61,599 nt of DNA. Origin: a virus. Of the stretch, positions 36,184-45,467 are shown piece after piece; the stretch's first letter is position 1; every line of letters starts with the position of its first letter. The notes under the pieces were generated by a model. That model worked only from the letters and a program-made list of their open reading frames with translations, was not told the origin of the DNA and made no database searches. Where the stretch lies: the UHGV virus genome UHGV-0127988; one strand, given 5' to 3'. The translations under genes and the position numbers were made by a program.

Positions 36184-36614
36184 GATTTACCGAAGAGGAA
36201 TTCAACCAGCTGCAGGCCCGCCAGGCGAAGAGCAAAACCCCGGCACCGAAGCAGTCCACCAGCAAGGCGAAGCTGCACGCGCTGGGCCGCAAAAAGAAAG
36301 GCGAAATGAATGCCACCGAAGCGAAGTTCGCGAACTACCTGCGCGGGCTGGAGATCACCGGTGAAATTCTCTGGTGGAGGCATGAGGGTATTAAGCTGCA
36401 GCTGGCTGACAACACGACGCTGACCGTCGATTTTAACGTCATGTACGCCGATGGCCTGCTGGTGATGATCGACGTGAAGGGGGCGAAGGCCATCATAGAA
36501 GAAGATGCCAAAGTGAAACTTAAAGTGGCGGCCGGGCAGTTTCCCTTTGTGTTCCGGTACGCCTTCCCACGTCAGAAGAAAGACGGCGGCGGCTGGATTT
36601 TCGAAGAAATTTAG
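36180..36614 (+). CDS. PD-(D/E)xK-fold nuclease-like protein (DUF1064/VRR-NUC-like)
   Basis: E...D...D-V-K spacing (ATEAKF...TVDFNV...MIDVKG). Confidence 0.4.
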   Translation: MRFTEEEFNQLQARQAKSKTPAPKQSTSKAKLHALGRKKKGEMNATEAKFANYLRGLEITGEILWWRHEGIKLQLADNTTLTVDFNVMYADGLLVMIDVKGAKAIIEEDAKVKLKVAAGQFPFVFRYAFPRQKKDGGGWIFEEI

Positions 36615-36654
36615 TTGTAATGTAATACATCGATAACTACAATCAGAGGTAAGC

Positions 36655-36849
36655 ATGACACCGTGCGATAAAGCTCTCCCCCTGAAAGAATACATTGACC
36701 TGAATTTCGCCGGTAATCGCGCGGCGTTTGCCAGAAGCATTGGCACCACCCGCCAGCACGTCAACAAGATGCTTAACGGCGAGTGGATTGTTTTTCAGGG
36801 CAAGCTCTGGAGTTCTCTGAAGGGTCGAGCAAAAACTACGAATGACTGA
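36655..36849 (+). CDS. YdaS/Cro-like HTH protein (64 aa)
   Basis: FAGNRAAFARSIGTTRQHVNKMLNG. Confidence 0.5.
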   Translation: MTPCDKALPLKEYIDLNFAGNRAAFARSIGTTRQHVNKMLNGEWIVFQGKLWSSLKGRAKTTND

Positions 36850-36863
36850 TATCAGGCGGATTT

Positions 36864-37643
36864 ATGAAAGGACAAGATATTGCAGTAAACAACCCTACGA
36901 TGACCAGCGTGGAAATTTCGGAGCTGGTGGGGTCGCGTCACGATAGCGTTAAGCGCACCGTTGAGCGTCTTGCTGAAAGCGGCGTTATTCAATTTCCTCC
37001 GTTGGTGAAAGTTGAGAATAAACAATCAAATAGCCCAAATCGATTTTCTGATGCATATCATTTCGAAGGTGAGCGGGGTAAGCGAGACAGCATCATCGTT
37101 GTCGCTCAGCTATCCCCTGAGTTTACCGCCCGGCTAGTGGATCGCTGGCAGGAGCTGGAGAGCAAAATCGCTGCAACCCCTCCCGCAAACCTGAGTGATG
37201 GTGTGCAGGCCAGTCTTATGCTGGTCGAGTCAATGAAGCGGACATTGAACCTGTCCAACAGCTCCACCCTGGGCGCATATCGCAAAATCGAAAGCCATTT
37301 CGCTCTTCCGAGTCTTACCCCGGCCTACGCCATCGACGCGCCGTCCGATGCTGCCGACGGATCCAGCCGCACCACTTCTGCCCTGCGCACTATCCTGCAG
37401 CAGCGCGATTTCCCGGTGAAGGTCCAGTATGCCTATCAGCGCCTGCAGGAGCTTGGCATCGTCAAGCGGATGAGCCGCCCGTCGTCTCGCGGCACTGAAA
37501 AGCAGTTCTGGTCGATCACCGCCAGCGGCCTGCTGTTCGGCAAAAACATGACATCACCCGGCAACCCGCGCGAGACACAACCTCACTTCTTCGACTCGCG
37601 CGCCGATGAGCTGCTGGCGATGATTCTGGCTGAAAAACGATAA
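36864..37643 (+). CDS. Rha-family regulatory protein / antirepressor
   Basis: N-terminal MTSVEISELVGSRHDSVKRTVERLAE (Phage_pRha) plus a C-terminal antirepressor-like domain. Confidence 0.65.
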   Translation: MKGQDIAVNNPTMTSVEISELVGSRHDSVKRTVERLAESGVIQFPPLVKVENKQSNSPNRFSDAYHFEGERGKRDSIIVVAQLSPEFTARLVDRWQELESKIAATPPANLSDGVQASLMLVESMKRTLNLSNSSTLGAYRKIESHFALPSLTPAYAIDAPSDAADGSSRTTSALRTILQQRDFPVKVQYAYQRLQELGIVKRMSRPSSRGTEKQFWSITASGLLFGKNMTSPGNPRETQPHFFDSRADELLAMILAEKR

Positions 37644-37722
37644 TTTCCACGCGCTGGGTGTTGCTGTTTTGGCAACGCACAGTGCAGATTAGCAATTACG
37701 ATTCGCCATATGGCGATAGGGA

Positions 37723-38067
37723 ATGTTCATGCAACCAAACTACCTTTCGACGTTCAAGCCAGCCCTGAATCATGAGCCGGGCGGTGTGAAGGTCATCCAG
37801 GTCGGCAAACACGTCGTTGCCGTTGCCGTGGGTACCTACCCGCTGGATTTGAGCCAGCAGGCCCGCGACATTCACCAGTGGCTGGTGGAGCAGGGCGGCC
37901 CGGTGCTGGTGGGCGACGTCATCAAGAAGCACGGCTACAAGCTGAAGCGCCCGTATGGCATGCCGGACACAAAGACCCTGCGCGGCTTCCCCCTGGAAGA
38001 GCTTTACGACCACTCGCTGGTGTACATCGAGGAAGAGCGCCGCCCGGAAGAGGGGGAGGCTGAATGA
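37723..38067 (+). CDS. Hypothetical protein (114 aa)
   Basis: ORF coupled to the next gene. Confidence 0.45.
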   Translation: MFMQPNYLSTFKPALNHEPGGVKVIQVGKHVVAVAVGTYPLDLSQQARDIHQWLVEQGGPVLVGDVIKKHGYKLKRPYGMPDTKTLRGFPLEELYDHSLVYIEEERRPEEGEAE

Positions 38068-38741
38068 AGCGCTACTCCCTGATTTATGCCGATCCGCCGT
38101 GGAACTACCAGAACAAGGCCAGCAACGGCGCAGCCAGCGACCACTACGACACCATGAAAATCGAGGACATCAAGCGCCTGCCGGTGTGGGAGCTTGCCGC
38201 CGACGATGCCGTGCTGGCGATGTGGTACACCAGCACGCACATCGAGGAGGCCCACCAGCTGGCGAAGGCCTGGGGCTTCGACGTGCGCACCATTAAGGGC
38301 TTTACCTGGGTGAAGCTGAACGAGCTGGCCGACCAGCATTTCAATAAGGCGCTGCGCGAAGGCCAGATCCAGGACTTCTACGACCTGCTGGACATGCTGA
38401 ATAAGCAATCCCGCATGAACGGCGGTAATTACACGCGCGCCAACACTGAGGACGTGCTTTTCGCGGTTCGCGGTGCCGGTCTGGAGCGCCAGGCGCGGAA
38501 CATCAAACAGGTGGTCTACAGCTGCCTGGGCGAGCACAGCGAGAAGCCCTGGGAGGTTCGCCACCGGCTGGAGCTGCTTTACGGCGACGTGCCGCGCATC
38601 GAGCTTTTCAGTCGCGGCGACGCGCCAGGCTGGGACCACTGGGGCAACGAAAACCCCCGCAACGATATCGCCCTGCTGCCCGGCACCGTCATGGGCATTG
38701 ACTGGGCCAACGACAACAACCCCCTCAAACGGGAGGCATAA
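38064..38741 (+). CDS. MT-A70 family N6-adenine DNA methyltransferase (orphan)
   Basis: LIYADPPWNY (DPPW catalytic motif). Confidence 0.8.
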   Translation: MKRYSLIYADPPWNYQNKASNGAASDHYDTMKIEDIKRLPVWELAADDAVLAMWYTSTHIEEAHQLAKAWGFDVRTIKGFTWVKLNELADQHFNKALREGQIQDFYDLLDMLNKQSRMNGGNYTRANTEDVLFAVRGAGLERQARNIKQVVYSCLGEHSEKPWEVRHRLELLYGDVPRIELFSRGDAPGWDHWGNENPRNDIALLPGTVMGIDWANDNNPLKREA

Positions 38742-39046
38742 TGAAAACCATACCGATCCAGAAGCAAACCATCAACGCGCGCACCGGCGTAGTCCTGAGC
38801 ACCGAAACAGTCGAAGCGGCGATCCTGCCGCCGGGCAAAGGCAAATGCCAGGAATGCGGACGCGACCACGATCCTCGCCAGCCGCACGACGCGCAATCCC
38901 TGTACTACCAGTATTCGTTTTACGGGCAGCATCGCCGTTGGCCAACCTGGGCCGACGCGCTGGCGCACTGCGACGAACAGACCCGCGCAACCTGGACGAA
39001 GGCGTTGGAAGAGAAAGGCATCGATGTAACGGGCGGTGCAGCATGA
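38741..39046 (+). CDS. Hypothetical Cys/His-containing protein (101 aa)
   Basis: CQECGRDH...H...HCDE. Confidence 0.45.
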   Translation: MKTIPIQKQTINARTGVVLSTETVEAAILPPGKGKCQECGRDHDPRQPHDAQSLYYQYSFYGQHRRWPTWADALAHCDEQTRATWTKALEEKGIDVTGGAA

Positions 39047-39534
39047 AATTCTCAAGATTTACTGAGCTGGTGGCCCGTATCTGGTCAAATCCAACCACGC
39101 ACCGGCGCGACCCGGAGATTACAATTCTTGTCCACTCGCCGGGCAGTATCGGTGCGTCGCCCTCTGTAGAGGTTCAGGGAATTTATGCTGGTTCCGACTG
39201 GGACGCCGGACAGGTGCTGATTTACCCGGATCAGCCACTGACCACGCTGACGCCTGAACAGGTAGCGGACATCACCGCCAGCGTGCGCAAAGGCCAGTCA
39301 TGGCACGCATACGAGGCATACAAGAAGCACAAAGCCCAGCTGGAAAACGCTGCGCTTGAGCATGCGAAGGTTGCTGGTCAGCGCGACAAACTACTGGCCG
39401 CGCTGGAAGATGTTATCGCTATGGCACGCTCTTTGGGTGACGTTCAGAGCGAATACATTGAAGAAGCTGTGAGCGAATTTATCGAAGGCGATATCGAAGA
39501 TCTGATTACCAGCATCAAAGGCGGTGCCGAATGA
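39046..39534 (+). CDS. Hypothetical protein (162 aa)
   Basis: ATG at 39046 overlapping the upstream stop. The ORF-track entry 38473..39534 includes an out-of-frame 5' extension over the MTase gene. Confidence 0.5.
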   Translation, partial: KFSRFTELVARIWSNPTTHRRDPEITILVHSPGSIGASPSVEVQGIYAGSDWDAGQVLIYPDQPLTTLTPEQVADITASVRKGQSWHAYEAYKKHKAQLENAALEHAKVAGQRDKLLAALEDVIAMARSLGDVQSEYIEEAVSEFIEGDIEDLITSIKGGAE

Positions 39535-39683
39535 ACAACGAAATCGAGCAATTCAAAGCAGAAAACGCGCGCATGTGGCGCTCTCTGGTTATCGCGATTG
39601 TGGTCTGCGTGCTTGGTGCCTGGATCCCTGGCGCCATCCTGACCATGAAGGTTATCGAGCTGATTCAGCAGGTGAAGCCATGA
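39531..39683 (+). CDS. Small membrane protein (50 aa)
   Basis: ATGA overlaps. TM segment LVIAIVVCVLGAWIPGAIL. Confidence 0.35.
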   Translation: MNNEIEQFKAENARMWRSLVIAIVVCVLGAWIPGAILTMKVIELIQQVKP

Positions 39684-39820
39684 GCATCATGTATGGCCTG
39701 ATTTTGGGCTGGCTCTTTTACCAGAATTGCCATGCGGACACCATGATAAAAAAGTGCGCCGTATTCATCATCACAGCATCAATTTCATTAATTTTCGGCG
39801 GCCTGGCTGCCAGAGGATAA
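39680..39820 (+). CDS. Small membrane protein (46 aa)
   Basis: ATGA overlap. Two hydrophobic helices. AT-rich codons. Confidence 0.35.
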   Translation: MSIMYGLILGWLFYQNCHADTMIKKCAVFIITASISLIFGGLAARG

Positions 39821-39824
39821 ACCC

Positions 39825-40037
39825 ATGTTCGGGAAGTTAACCGCGCTTATTGCGCTATTCATCATCCCTGCCGCAATGGCGGCAGACAACCCCCACTGCA
39901 TAACAGGCAAGAACGGCTTCGGTGCCACGACTACGCAATGCGATGACGGCACAGTTACTGTCACTACCGGCCAGAAGGTAATTGTTTGCGGGAAGTCTCT
40001 TAACGGCAGCCATAACTGCGAGGAGATTAAGTTATGA
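39825..40037 (+). CDS. Small secreted 4-Cys protein (70 aa)
   Basis: Signal peptide with an AMA-AD cleavage site. Four Cys. Confidence 0.5.
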   Translation: MFGKLTALIALFIIPAAMAADNPHCITGKNGFGATTTQCDDGTVTVTTGQKVIVCGKSLNGSHNCEEIKL

Positions 40038-40735
40038 CCAAATCAACCATAACCAGAGAGCGAGTTGTCGCTCTCATCGCAGAGCACTCTTACGATAGTG
40101 CGTTAGTTGATGCTCTTGAACATCTGCTGGCCGCAATGGACAGCGAGCCGGTGGCGTACATGTACGATGGCGAAGATGGTACTGAGTACAACGGGCATAA
40201 CGAATTTTCCGGTGGCGGGAAAGGTATCCCGCTCTATCGCCACGCGCAGCCAGCGCTGGTAGTGCCGGAGAATTACGTAACAGCAGAACACCGTCGCGTT
40301 ATTGAAATGCTTCTAAACGTTTGCGGGGCCGCATTCGAACTCGCCGATGATAGTTGTCAGCAAGATGTTGACGGGGAAGATTGCCATGTTGTTCCAGACG
40401 ACGCATTTCAGAAGCTAAGTGATGCGCTGGACGAAATCGAAAACACTCTCCCGACCGAGGATATCGACAGGCCTAGCGTATTTCTTGCCTGGTCGGCAAT
40501 GCCGAGGGCAGCGCTGAAATCTCTTCTTCAGGGTGGCAACTCTCCGGTAATTCCGGATAGTTCAGTCATTGGCTGGCTTCGCTACGACTATCAGGAAACC
40601 TTCAAGAAGATAGGCGGGCCGCTATTCATCCTGGGTGCCAATGACCCGTCAGATGCATGGGGTCTACGGTATATCCCAGTAATTAAGGCTGCCGATAGTG
40701 TTGCTGTTTCGTCAACGGAGGGCACAGAAGAGTGA
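40034..40735 (+). CDS. Strongly acidic protein (233 aa). Candidate DNA mimic or anti-restriction protein.
   Basis: Asp/Glu-rich throughout. ATGA overlap with the downstream C5-MTase. Confidence 0.5.
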   Translation: MTKSTITRERVVALIAEHSYDSALVDALEHLLAAMDSEPVAYMYDGEDGTEYNGHNEFSGGGKGIPLYRHAQPALVVPENYVTAEHRRVIEMLLNVCGAAFELADDSCQQDVDGEDCHVVPDDAFQKLSDALDEIENTLPTEDIDRPSVFLAWSAMPRAALKSLLQGGNSPVIPDSSVIGWLRYDYQETFKKIGGPLFILGANDPSDAWGLRYIPVIKAADSVAVSSTEGTEE

Positions 40736-42192
40736 CAAACAACACGATAAGTTATGGTTCTGTGTGCAGCGGCATCGAAGCGGCCAGCGTGGCGTGGGAG
40801 GTTCTGGGATTTAGCCCGGCGTGGTTCTCTCAGTTCGATCCTGAGCACAAATACAAAAACGGACCTGACTTCCCGTCTGCCGTTCTGGCGCACCACTGGC
40901 CTGAAGTCCCGAACCTGGGTGACATGACCAAACTCGCAGCCAAAATGCGCGCAGGGGAAATGGATGCGCCGGATATTCTCGTCGGCGGCACTCCTTGCCA
41001 GGCGTTTTCTGTGGCCGGTGCTCGCGCTGGCCTTTCAGACCCTCGCGGTCAACTCACTATTTCATACGGAGAATTAGCGGATGCCATCGACGACCGCAGA
41101 GCAGCAGCAGGACTTCCACCAGCTATTATCGCTTGGGAAAACGTTCCCGGAGTACTCAGCTCAAAAGATAACGCTTTCGGAGCCTTCCTTGGACTGCTTG
41201 CCGGCGAAGACTGTGAGCTACAGCCACCAGGGAAGCGCTGGGAGAACGCTGGTTATGTGCGCGGTCCCAAAAGAACAATCGCGTGGCGGATCCTTGATGC
41301 CCAATATTTCGGAGTGGCCCAACGACGCCGCCGTGTGTTTGTTGTCGCAAGTGCTCGAACCGATATCGATCCCACCAAAATACTTTTTGAGTCCGATGGC
41401 GTGCGCCGGGATATTGCGCCGAGCAGAAGCGCGGGGCAGACAACTGCCGGAACTACTGGAGACGGCATTAAAGTCGGTAGCCACTGGGACAACCCAGCAA
41501 ACCAACACCCAACCCTCAACCAGTCACACAACATCGGAGGAATAGGCCAGAGCAATCAGGAGCTATTCAGCCAGCGCGGTTGCGGGATCATTTCAATGGC
41601 TCACGGGCAGGGCGGAGCCGAGATTAAAACGGACGATTCCGCGCCTACGCTCACCTGCAACCATGAAGCGCCGATAGCGGCTTACAGCCTCCAGCACGCT
41701 CAAATAGGCCGCAAAGACAGCGCTGGCCCACAAGGGAAAGGCTGGCAGGAAGAGGTGGGATTTACGCTAGACTCTCGTGCCGATGCCGATGCCATTGCCT
41801 ACGGCATCCGCACAGCTAACACAAGCAGTAATGGCTGGGGCGTCCAAGAGAACATTACTCACACACTCGACACGGCACAAGGGATAGCTGTTTCCCATCA
41901 GATGGCAGTTCGTCGCCTAACGCCAGTGGAGTGCGAGCGCCTTCAGGGCTTCCCGGATAACCACACCCTGATCCCTACAGAGAAGCGCAAGCAGATCACC
42001 GCTGAGGAATACGCCTACCTGCGCCACCATTTCCCGAACATGACGGCGGAGGAAGCTCACCGCCTGGCGGCTGACGGGCCTCGCTACAAGGCTATTGGCA
42101 ATTCAATGGCAGTACCGGTGATGCGCTGGATAGGAAACAGGATCCTTTCAGCTATTCACGCAACTAGTGTTGCTATTCCAGCAACTGAATAA
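40732..42192 (+). CDS. DNA cytosine-5 methyltransferase (orphan)
   Basis: Motif I SVCSGIEAA, motif IV GGTPCQAFS, ENV, QRRRVFVVA, GNSMAVPV. Confidence 0.85.
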   Translation: MTNNTISYGSVCSGIEAASVAWEVLGFSPAWFSQFDPEHKYKNGPDFPSAVLAHHWPEVPNLGDMTKLAAKMRAGEMDAPDILVGGTPCQAFSVAGARAGLSDPRGQLTISYGELADAIDDRRAAAGLPPAIIAWENVPGVLSSKDNAFGAFLGLLAGEDCELQPPGKRWENAGYVRGPKRTIAWRILDAQYFGVAQRRRRVFVVASARTDIDPTKILFESDGVRRDIAPSRSAGQTTAGTTGDGIKVGSHWDNPANQHPTLNQSHNIGGIGQSNQELFSQRGCGIISMAHGQGGAEIKTDDSAPTLTCNHEAPIAAYSLQHAQIGRKDSAGPQGKGWQEEVGFTLDSRADADAIAYGIRTANTSSNGWGVQENITHTLDTAQGIAVSHQMAVRRLTPVECERLQGFPDNHTLIPTEKRKQITAEEYAYLRHHFPNMTAEEAHRLAADGPRYKAIGNSMAVPVMRWIGNRILSAIHATSVAIPATE

Positions 42193-42238
42193 TCAGAACA
42201 GCAATGGATCGCCGCCGTAGAGCGGCTAAGGCAAAAGC

Positions 42239-42598
42239 ATGAGCAAACGATTTGGTCGAAACCAGCGCCGGAAAATGCGTGAGAAAATATATGGGCTGGA
42301 GCTTAGGCTGTATGAAATTCGCCTTTGGATGGAGGAAAACTCACTTCGAGAGAAATCCATTCCGAAAGCACACCGTTCGCACCGCACGTATTTCGGTGGT
42401 GAGCAGTGCATGAGTTGTGGGGCCATGCTCGGTGGAAAGGCTGCTTCTGAGCCTTGCATGGGGCCGGAGCCTATGCGTCAGCAGAAGGAAAAATACGACG
42501 CGCTGCTGGCCTGCCTGTACGACGATCCACTTAGCAACACGGTCAAGGTTGACCAGGATCGTTTCAGAGCTGCGTTCATGAAGGGGGTGCGCCTATGA
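42239..42598 (+). CDS. Hypothetical CxxC protein (119 aa)
   Basis: CMSCGA...C motif. Basic N-terminus. Confidence 0.45.
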   Translation: MSKRFGRNQRRKMREKIYGLELRLYEIRLWMEENSLREKSIPKAHRSHRTYFGGEQCMSCGAMLGGKAASEPCMGPEPMRQQKEKYDALLACLYDDPLSNTVKVDQDRFRAAFMKGVRL

Positions 42599-42807
42599 AA
42601 GTCTGGCGTTTTTGTCACCGCATGGCGGGCAGACTTCGGCCATATGCCTACATCCGGGCGGAAAACCCATGCGAATATCGGGCCATCATGCGCATTATCG
42701 CAAGCGGTAAGAACCCCTCCCTACGCGTGGCAACAGCATCAGCACCTGGCCCACGCAACTACCGCGCGCAGTTCGTCATGTACCCACGCAGGGGGGCACT
42801 GCAATGA
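42595..42807 (+). CDS. Hypothetical protein (70 aa)
   Basis: Coupled ORF. Confidence 0.35.
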   Translation: MKVWRFCHRMAGRLRPYAYIRAENPCEYRAIMRIIASGKNPSLRVATASAPGPRNYRAQFVMYPRRGALQ

Positions 42808-43748
42808 GCCTCCTGTTCAATCGCAAGCCCATCGTCATTAACGCGGAGCTGGCCGACCGTATCGGCCTGAACGAAGCCATCGTGCTGCAGCAGCTGAACT
42901 ACTGGATCCAGGATTCGACCGCTGGCGAGGTTCACGACGGCCGAAAATGGGTCTACAACACGTTCGAGGAATGGCAGCGCGATAACTTCCCGTTCTGGTC
43001 CGTGGACACCATCAAGCGGACGTTGACGAAGCTGAAAAAGCTGGGGCTGGTGGACGTTAAGCAGCTGCGAAAATCGAAGCACGACCACACCAATTTTTAC
43101 ACAATTGAGTACCGGCACGCGCTTCTCTCCGATCAGGGCAATTTGCACCAATCGAATGGGGCAGACTGCGCCAACCCATCAGGGCAAAATGCACCAGCCG
43201 TTAAGGGCAAAAAGCCCCTACCCAACGGGGCAAAATGCACCGATCTTCATACAGAGACTACTACAGAGACTACCTCAGAGAATCTCACCGGCGGCGAAAA
43301 ATCGCCACCGGCCGCTGGTGGTTTGCCTACTGTGTTGTCGTCACAACAACAGAGTAGTCAGGAGGAGCACAAAGAGCCGTCATATGAGAAAATTCGCACA
43401 GTGTTTTGGGAGCGGTTCGATCCAGCTTATGCGCAGCGTTACGCTGGTGCCGTTCTGCCGAGGAACACAAAAATCAACTCGCTGGTGAAGCAGCTTATTA
43501 CCCGGCTTGGGAAAGAAGCCCCAGCGGTAGCCGTGTTCTACGTAACAAGCGTGAACGAGCCGAGGGCAACGATGTCCCAGCACTCACTGGATGTTCTGGT
43601 GAAAAATGCTGAGGGCTATCGAACGCAGTGGTTTACAGGCCGCGCAATGACAAACACCCGCGCCAGACAGCTCGACCAGACACAGGCAAACGCGAACGCC
43701 GCCGATGAAGCTATCCGCATGCTGAGGGAGCGGGAGGGCAGAGAATGA
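42804..43748 (+). CDS. Replication initiator / replisome organiser (O-like)
   Basis: N-terminal winged-helix-like LNEAIVLQQLNYWIQ...FWSVDTIKRTLTKLKKLGLV, as in phage replisome organisers. Confidence 0.55.
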   Translation: MSLLFNRKPIVINAELADRIGLNEAIVLQQLNYWIQDSTAGEVHDGRKWVYNTFEEWQRDNFPFWSVDTIKRTLTKLKKLGLVDVKQLRKSKHDHTNFYTIEYRHALLSDQGNLHQSNGADCANPSGQNAPAVKGKKPLPNGAKCTDLHTETTTETTSENLTGGEKSPPAAGGLPTVLSSQQQSSQEEHKEPSYEKIRTVFWERFDPAYAQRYAGAVLPRNTKINSLVKQLITRLGKEAPAVAVFYVTSVNEPRATMSQHSLDVLVKNAEGYRTQWFTGRAMTNTRARQLDQTQANANAADEAIRMLREREGRE

Positions 43749-44497
43749 CGCTCGAAGAGAAAGAACACGTCCTGCGCACGCTGGTGGCGACCGCCGAAGT
43801 GATGGGGGGCGAGATGAAGCCCACCACCGCGCTGGTGATGGCGCAGGATCTGGACGAATACCCTTTCCACGAAGTGATGACCGCACTGAACCGCGTCCGG
43901 AAGGAGGCGACCGGCAAGCTGACACTGAAGGCGATCATCGACATGTTGTCACCGGGCAGGGACTGGCTGTCAGCTAATGAGGCCTGGTCACTGGCGCTGC
44001 CTGCTGCTGACGAGCGCAACACGGTGGTGTGGACCAGGGAGGCGCGGGACGCTTTCAATATCGCGCTGCCGCTGCTGGAGGAGGGAGACAAGATTGGGGC
44101 GCGCATGGCCTTCATCGCCGCTTACGACCGCAGTGTGTCAATCGCAAAGGCAGCTGGTGGCGCTCCGAACGTCGAGGTTTCCGAGGGCTGGGATCAGCAG
44201 CTGCGTGCCGTCGCCGTCGATCAGGCTGTTAACCGGGGGCTTTTGCCTCCGCCGCGCCAAGAGGAGGCGCTGGCACTGCCGAATCTAAGCCCGGAGCAGG
44301 TGAAGGACAATCGCGCCCGCATGGCGGAGCTTATGCGAACCTGGCGTGAGTCGATGCGCCAGGCGGAAGCGGAGGCCGAAGCAGAAAGGGCCAGGCAGCG
44401 CGAAGAGGAGAAGCGGAAATTCGAGGAGTACAGGGATCAGGTAGTAGCTGAGGCGCTGGCGATGGATGAAGAGCGAAAACGGGAGGATGCCCCATAA
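43745..44497 (+). CDS. Hypothetical replication-associated protein (P-like helicase loader candidate)
   Basis: Coupled downstream of the O-like gene. Charged coiled-coil C-terminus. No phage-encoded helicase is visible in the window. Confidence 0.35.
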   Translation: MTLEEKEHVLRTLVATAEVMGGEMKPTTALVMAQDLDEYPFHEVMTALNRVRKEATGKLTLKAIIDMLSPGRDWLSANEAWSLALPAADERNTVVWTREARDAFNIALPLLEEGDKIGARMAFIAAYDRSVSIAKAAGGAPNVEVSEGWDQQLRAVAVDQAVNRGLLPPPRQEEALALPNLSPEQVKDNRARMAELMRTWRESMRQAEAEAEAERARQREEEKRKFEEYRDQVVAEALAMDEERKREDAP

Positions 44498-44532
44498 AAC
44501 GAAACAGGAGCGCTTACGGGCGCTCCTGCTGT

Positions 44533-44754
44533 TTATTCGTGGGGTTGGGTTACTGGTCTGGTTTTAAACTCGATGTAGCCGTTACAGATGCGCTCTATCA
44601 ACTCATCGCGCGTGACTCCCTCCTGCTTCGCCATCTCCTGAATGACAGCATTTGTCTTTCCTTTCAGCCACACGGTGGTTTTTACGTCTCCCTGCTCCTG
44701 GCGACGTTTGGTGTAACTCCGCGCTCGCAGCGCGCCTGGATTTGGTTTAATCAC
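44533..44754 (-). CDS. Ribbon-helix-helix (Arc/CopG-like) DNA-binding protein (73 aa; GTG start)
   Basis: GGAGGG box then GTG. TTVWLKGKTNAVIQEMAKQEGVTRDELIERI fits the RHH strand-helix-helix pattern. Confidence 0.45.
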   Translation of the reverse strand: MIKPNPGALRARSYTKRRQEQGDVKTTVWLKGKTNAVIQEMAKQEGVTRDELIERICNGYIEFKTRPVTQPHE

Positions 44755-44993
44755 ATGCCCTCCACGTCGATCATACGCGCCAGTGCCTGGCCGGTGCCGT
44801 CTTCTGATACGGTGATGCCGGAAAGGCTCTGGCACTGCGCGCCAGGGATATTTGCGTGCTTCAGCTCTTCCTGGCAGCGCTGGGCATTGGCCCACACATA
44901 GCCGGTAGCCAGCTGCTCGATGCAATCCGGCGTGCCAGCGTTAATTGAGCACGCCAGGACGATTGCGTAGCCGGTGACGGGGATCGTAATCAT
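44751..44993 (-). CDS. Hypothetical 4-Cys protein (80 aa)
   Basis: ORF coupled (GTGA overlap) to the RHH gene. Confidence 0.4.
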   Translation of the reverse strand: MITIPVTGYAIVLACSINAGTPDCIEQLATGYVWANAQRCQEELKHANIPGAQCQSLSGITVSEDGTGQALARMIDVEGM

Positions 44994-45256
44994 GACCGCT
45001 TACCCCGCTTCACCATTTTTTCGCAGAAGTCGATGCGATTCAGATAATACGGTACGCGCTTCTCAGCTTCCCAGTGGCTCAACTGTTCCACGATCTGGAT
45101 GGCGAAGCGCCACATGCGGATCGCGTATTCGTAATCGGTATCCTGCTCGCCCTTGCGGGCGCTTTCGACAAAGCCATTCAACTTTTCAATCAGGCTCTGG
45201 TTAACCTCCAGCGGTGGCTGGCGTCTGCGCTGGGTGCGCGGTGTAGTGCTGTTCAC
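44990..45256 (-). CDS. Hypothetical basic protein (88 aa; GTG start)
   Basis: AAGGA box before GTG. Confidence 0.4.
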   Translation of the reverse strand: MNSTTPRTQRRRQPPLEVNQSLIEKLNGFVESARKGEQDTDYEYAIRMWRFAIQIVEQLSHWEAEKRVPYYLNRIDFCEKMVKRGKRS

Positions 45257-45290
45257 ATATGATCCTTAGCCCTGCAGGCTGTAAGAGGTT

Positions 45291-45455
45291 CTATCCGCGA
45301 TATCCGGAGATAACGACGCGCCAGCCGCGACCGGCAGGGCGCACAAGTTTTGCAGACCAGCCGCCTTTCACCAGGGACAGGCAGTGACGCTCCGCGCTTT
45401 TGGCATCGGTGCCGTGGTCATGAATAATGGGGAAAACGCTTGGTAATTTTGGCAT
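45291..45455 (-). CDS. Small hypothetical protein (54 aa)
   Basis: AGGTG box 6 nt before ATG. Hand-translated as MPKLPSVFPIIHDHGTDAKSAERHCLSLVKGGW... Confidence 0.3.
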   Translation of the reverse strand: MPKLPSVFPIIHDHGTDAKSAERHCLSLVKGGWSAKLVRPAGRGWRVVISGYRG

Positions 45456-45467
45456 GTTGGCACCTGC

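Noticed and set aside
38473-39534. 353-aa ORF in the ORF track overlapping the MT-A70 MTase gene
   Set aside because: Its 5' two-thirds is an alternative frame of the clearly real MTase gene, with a Pro/Arg/Ala-rich translation. Only the part from ATG 39046 onwards is accepted.
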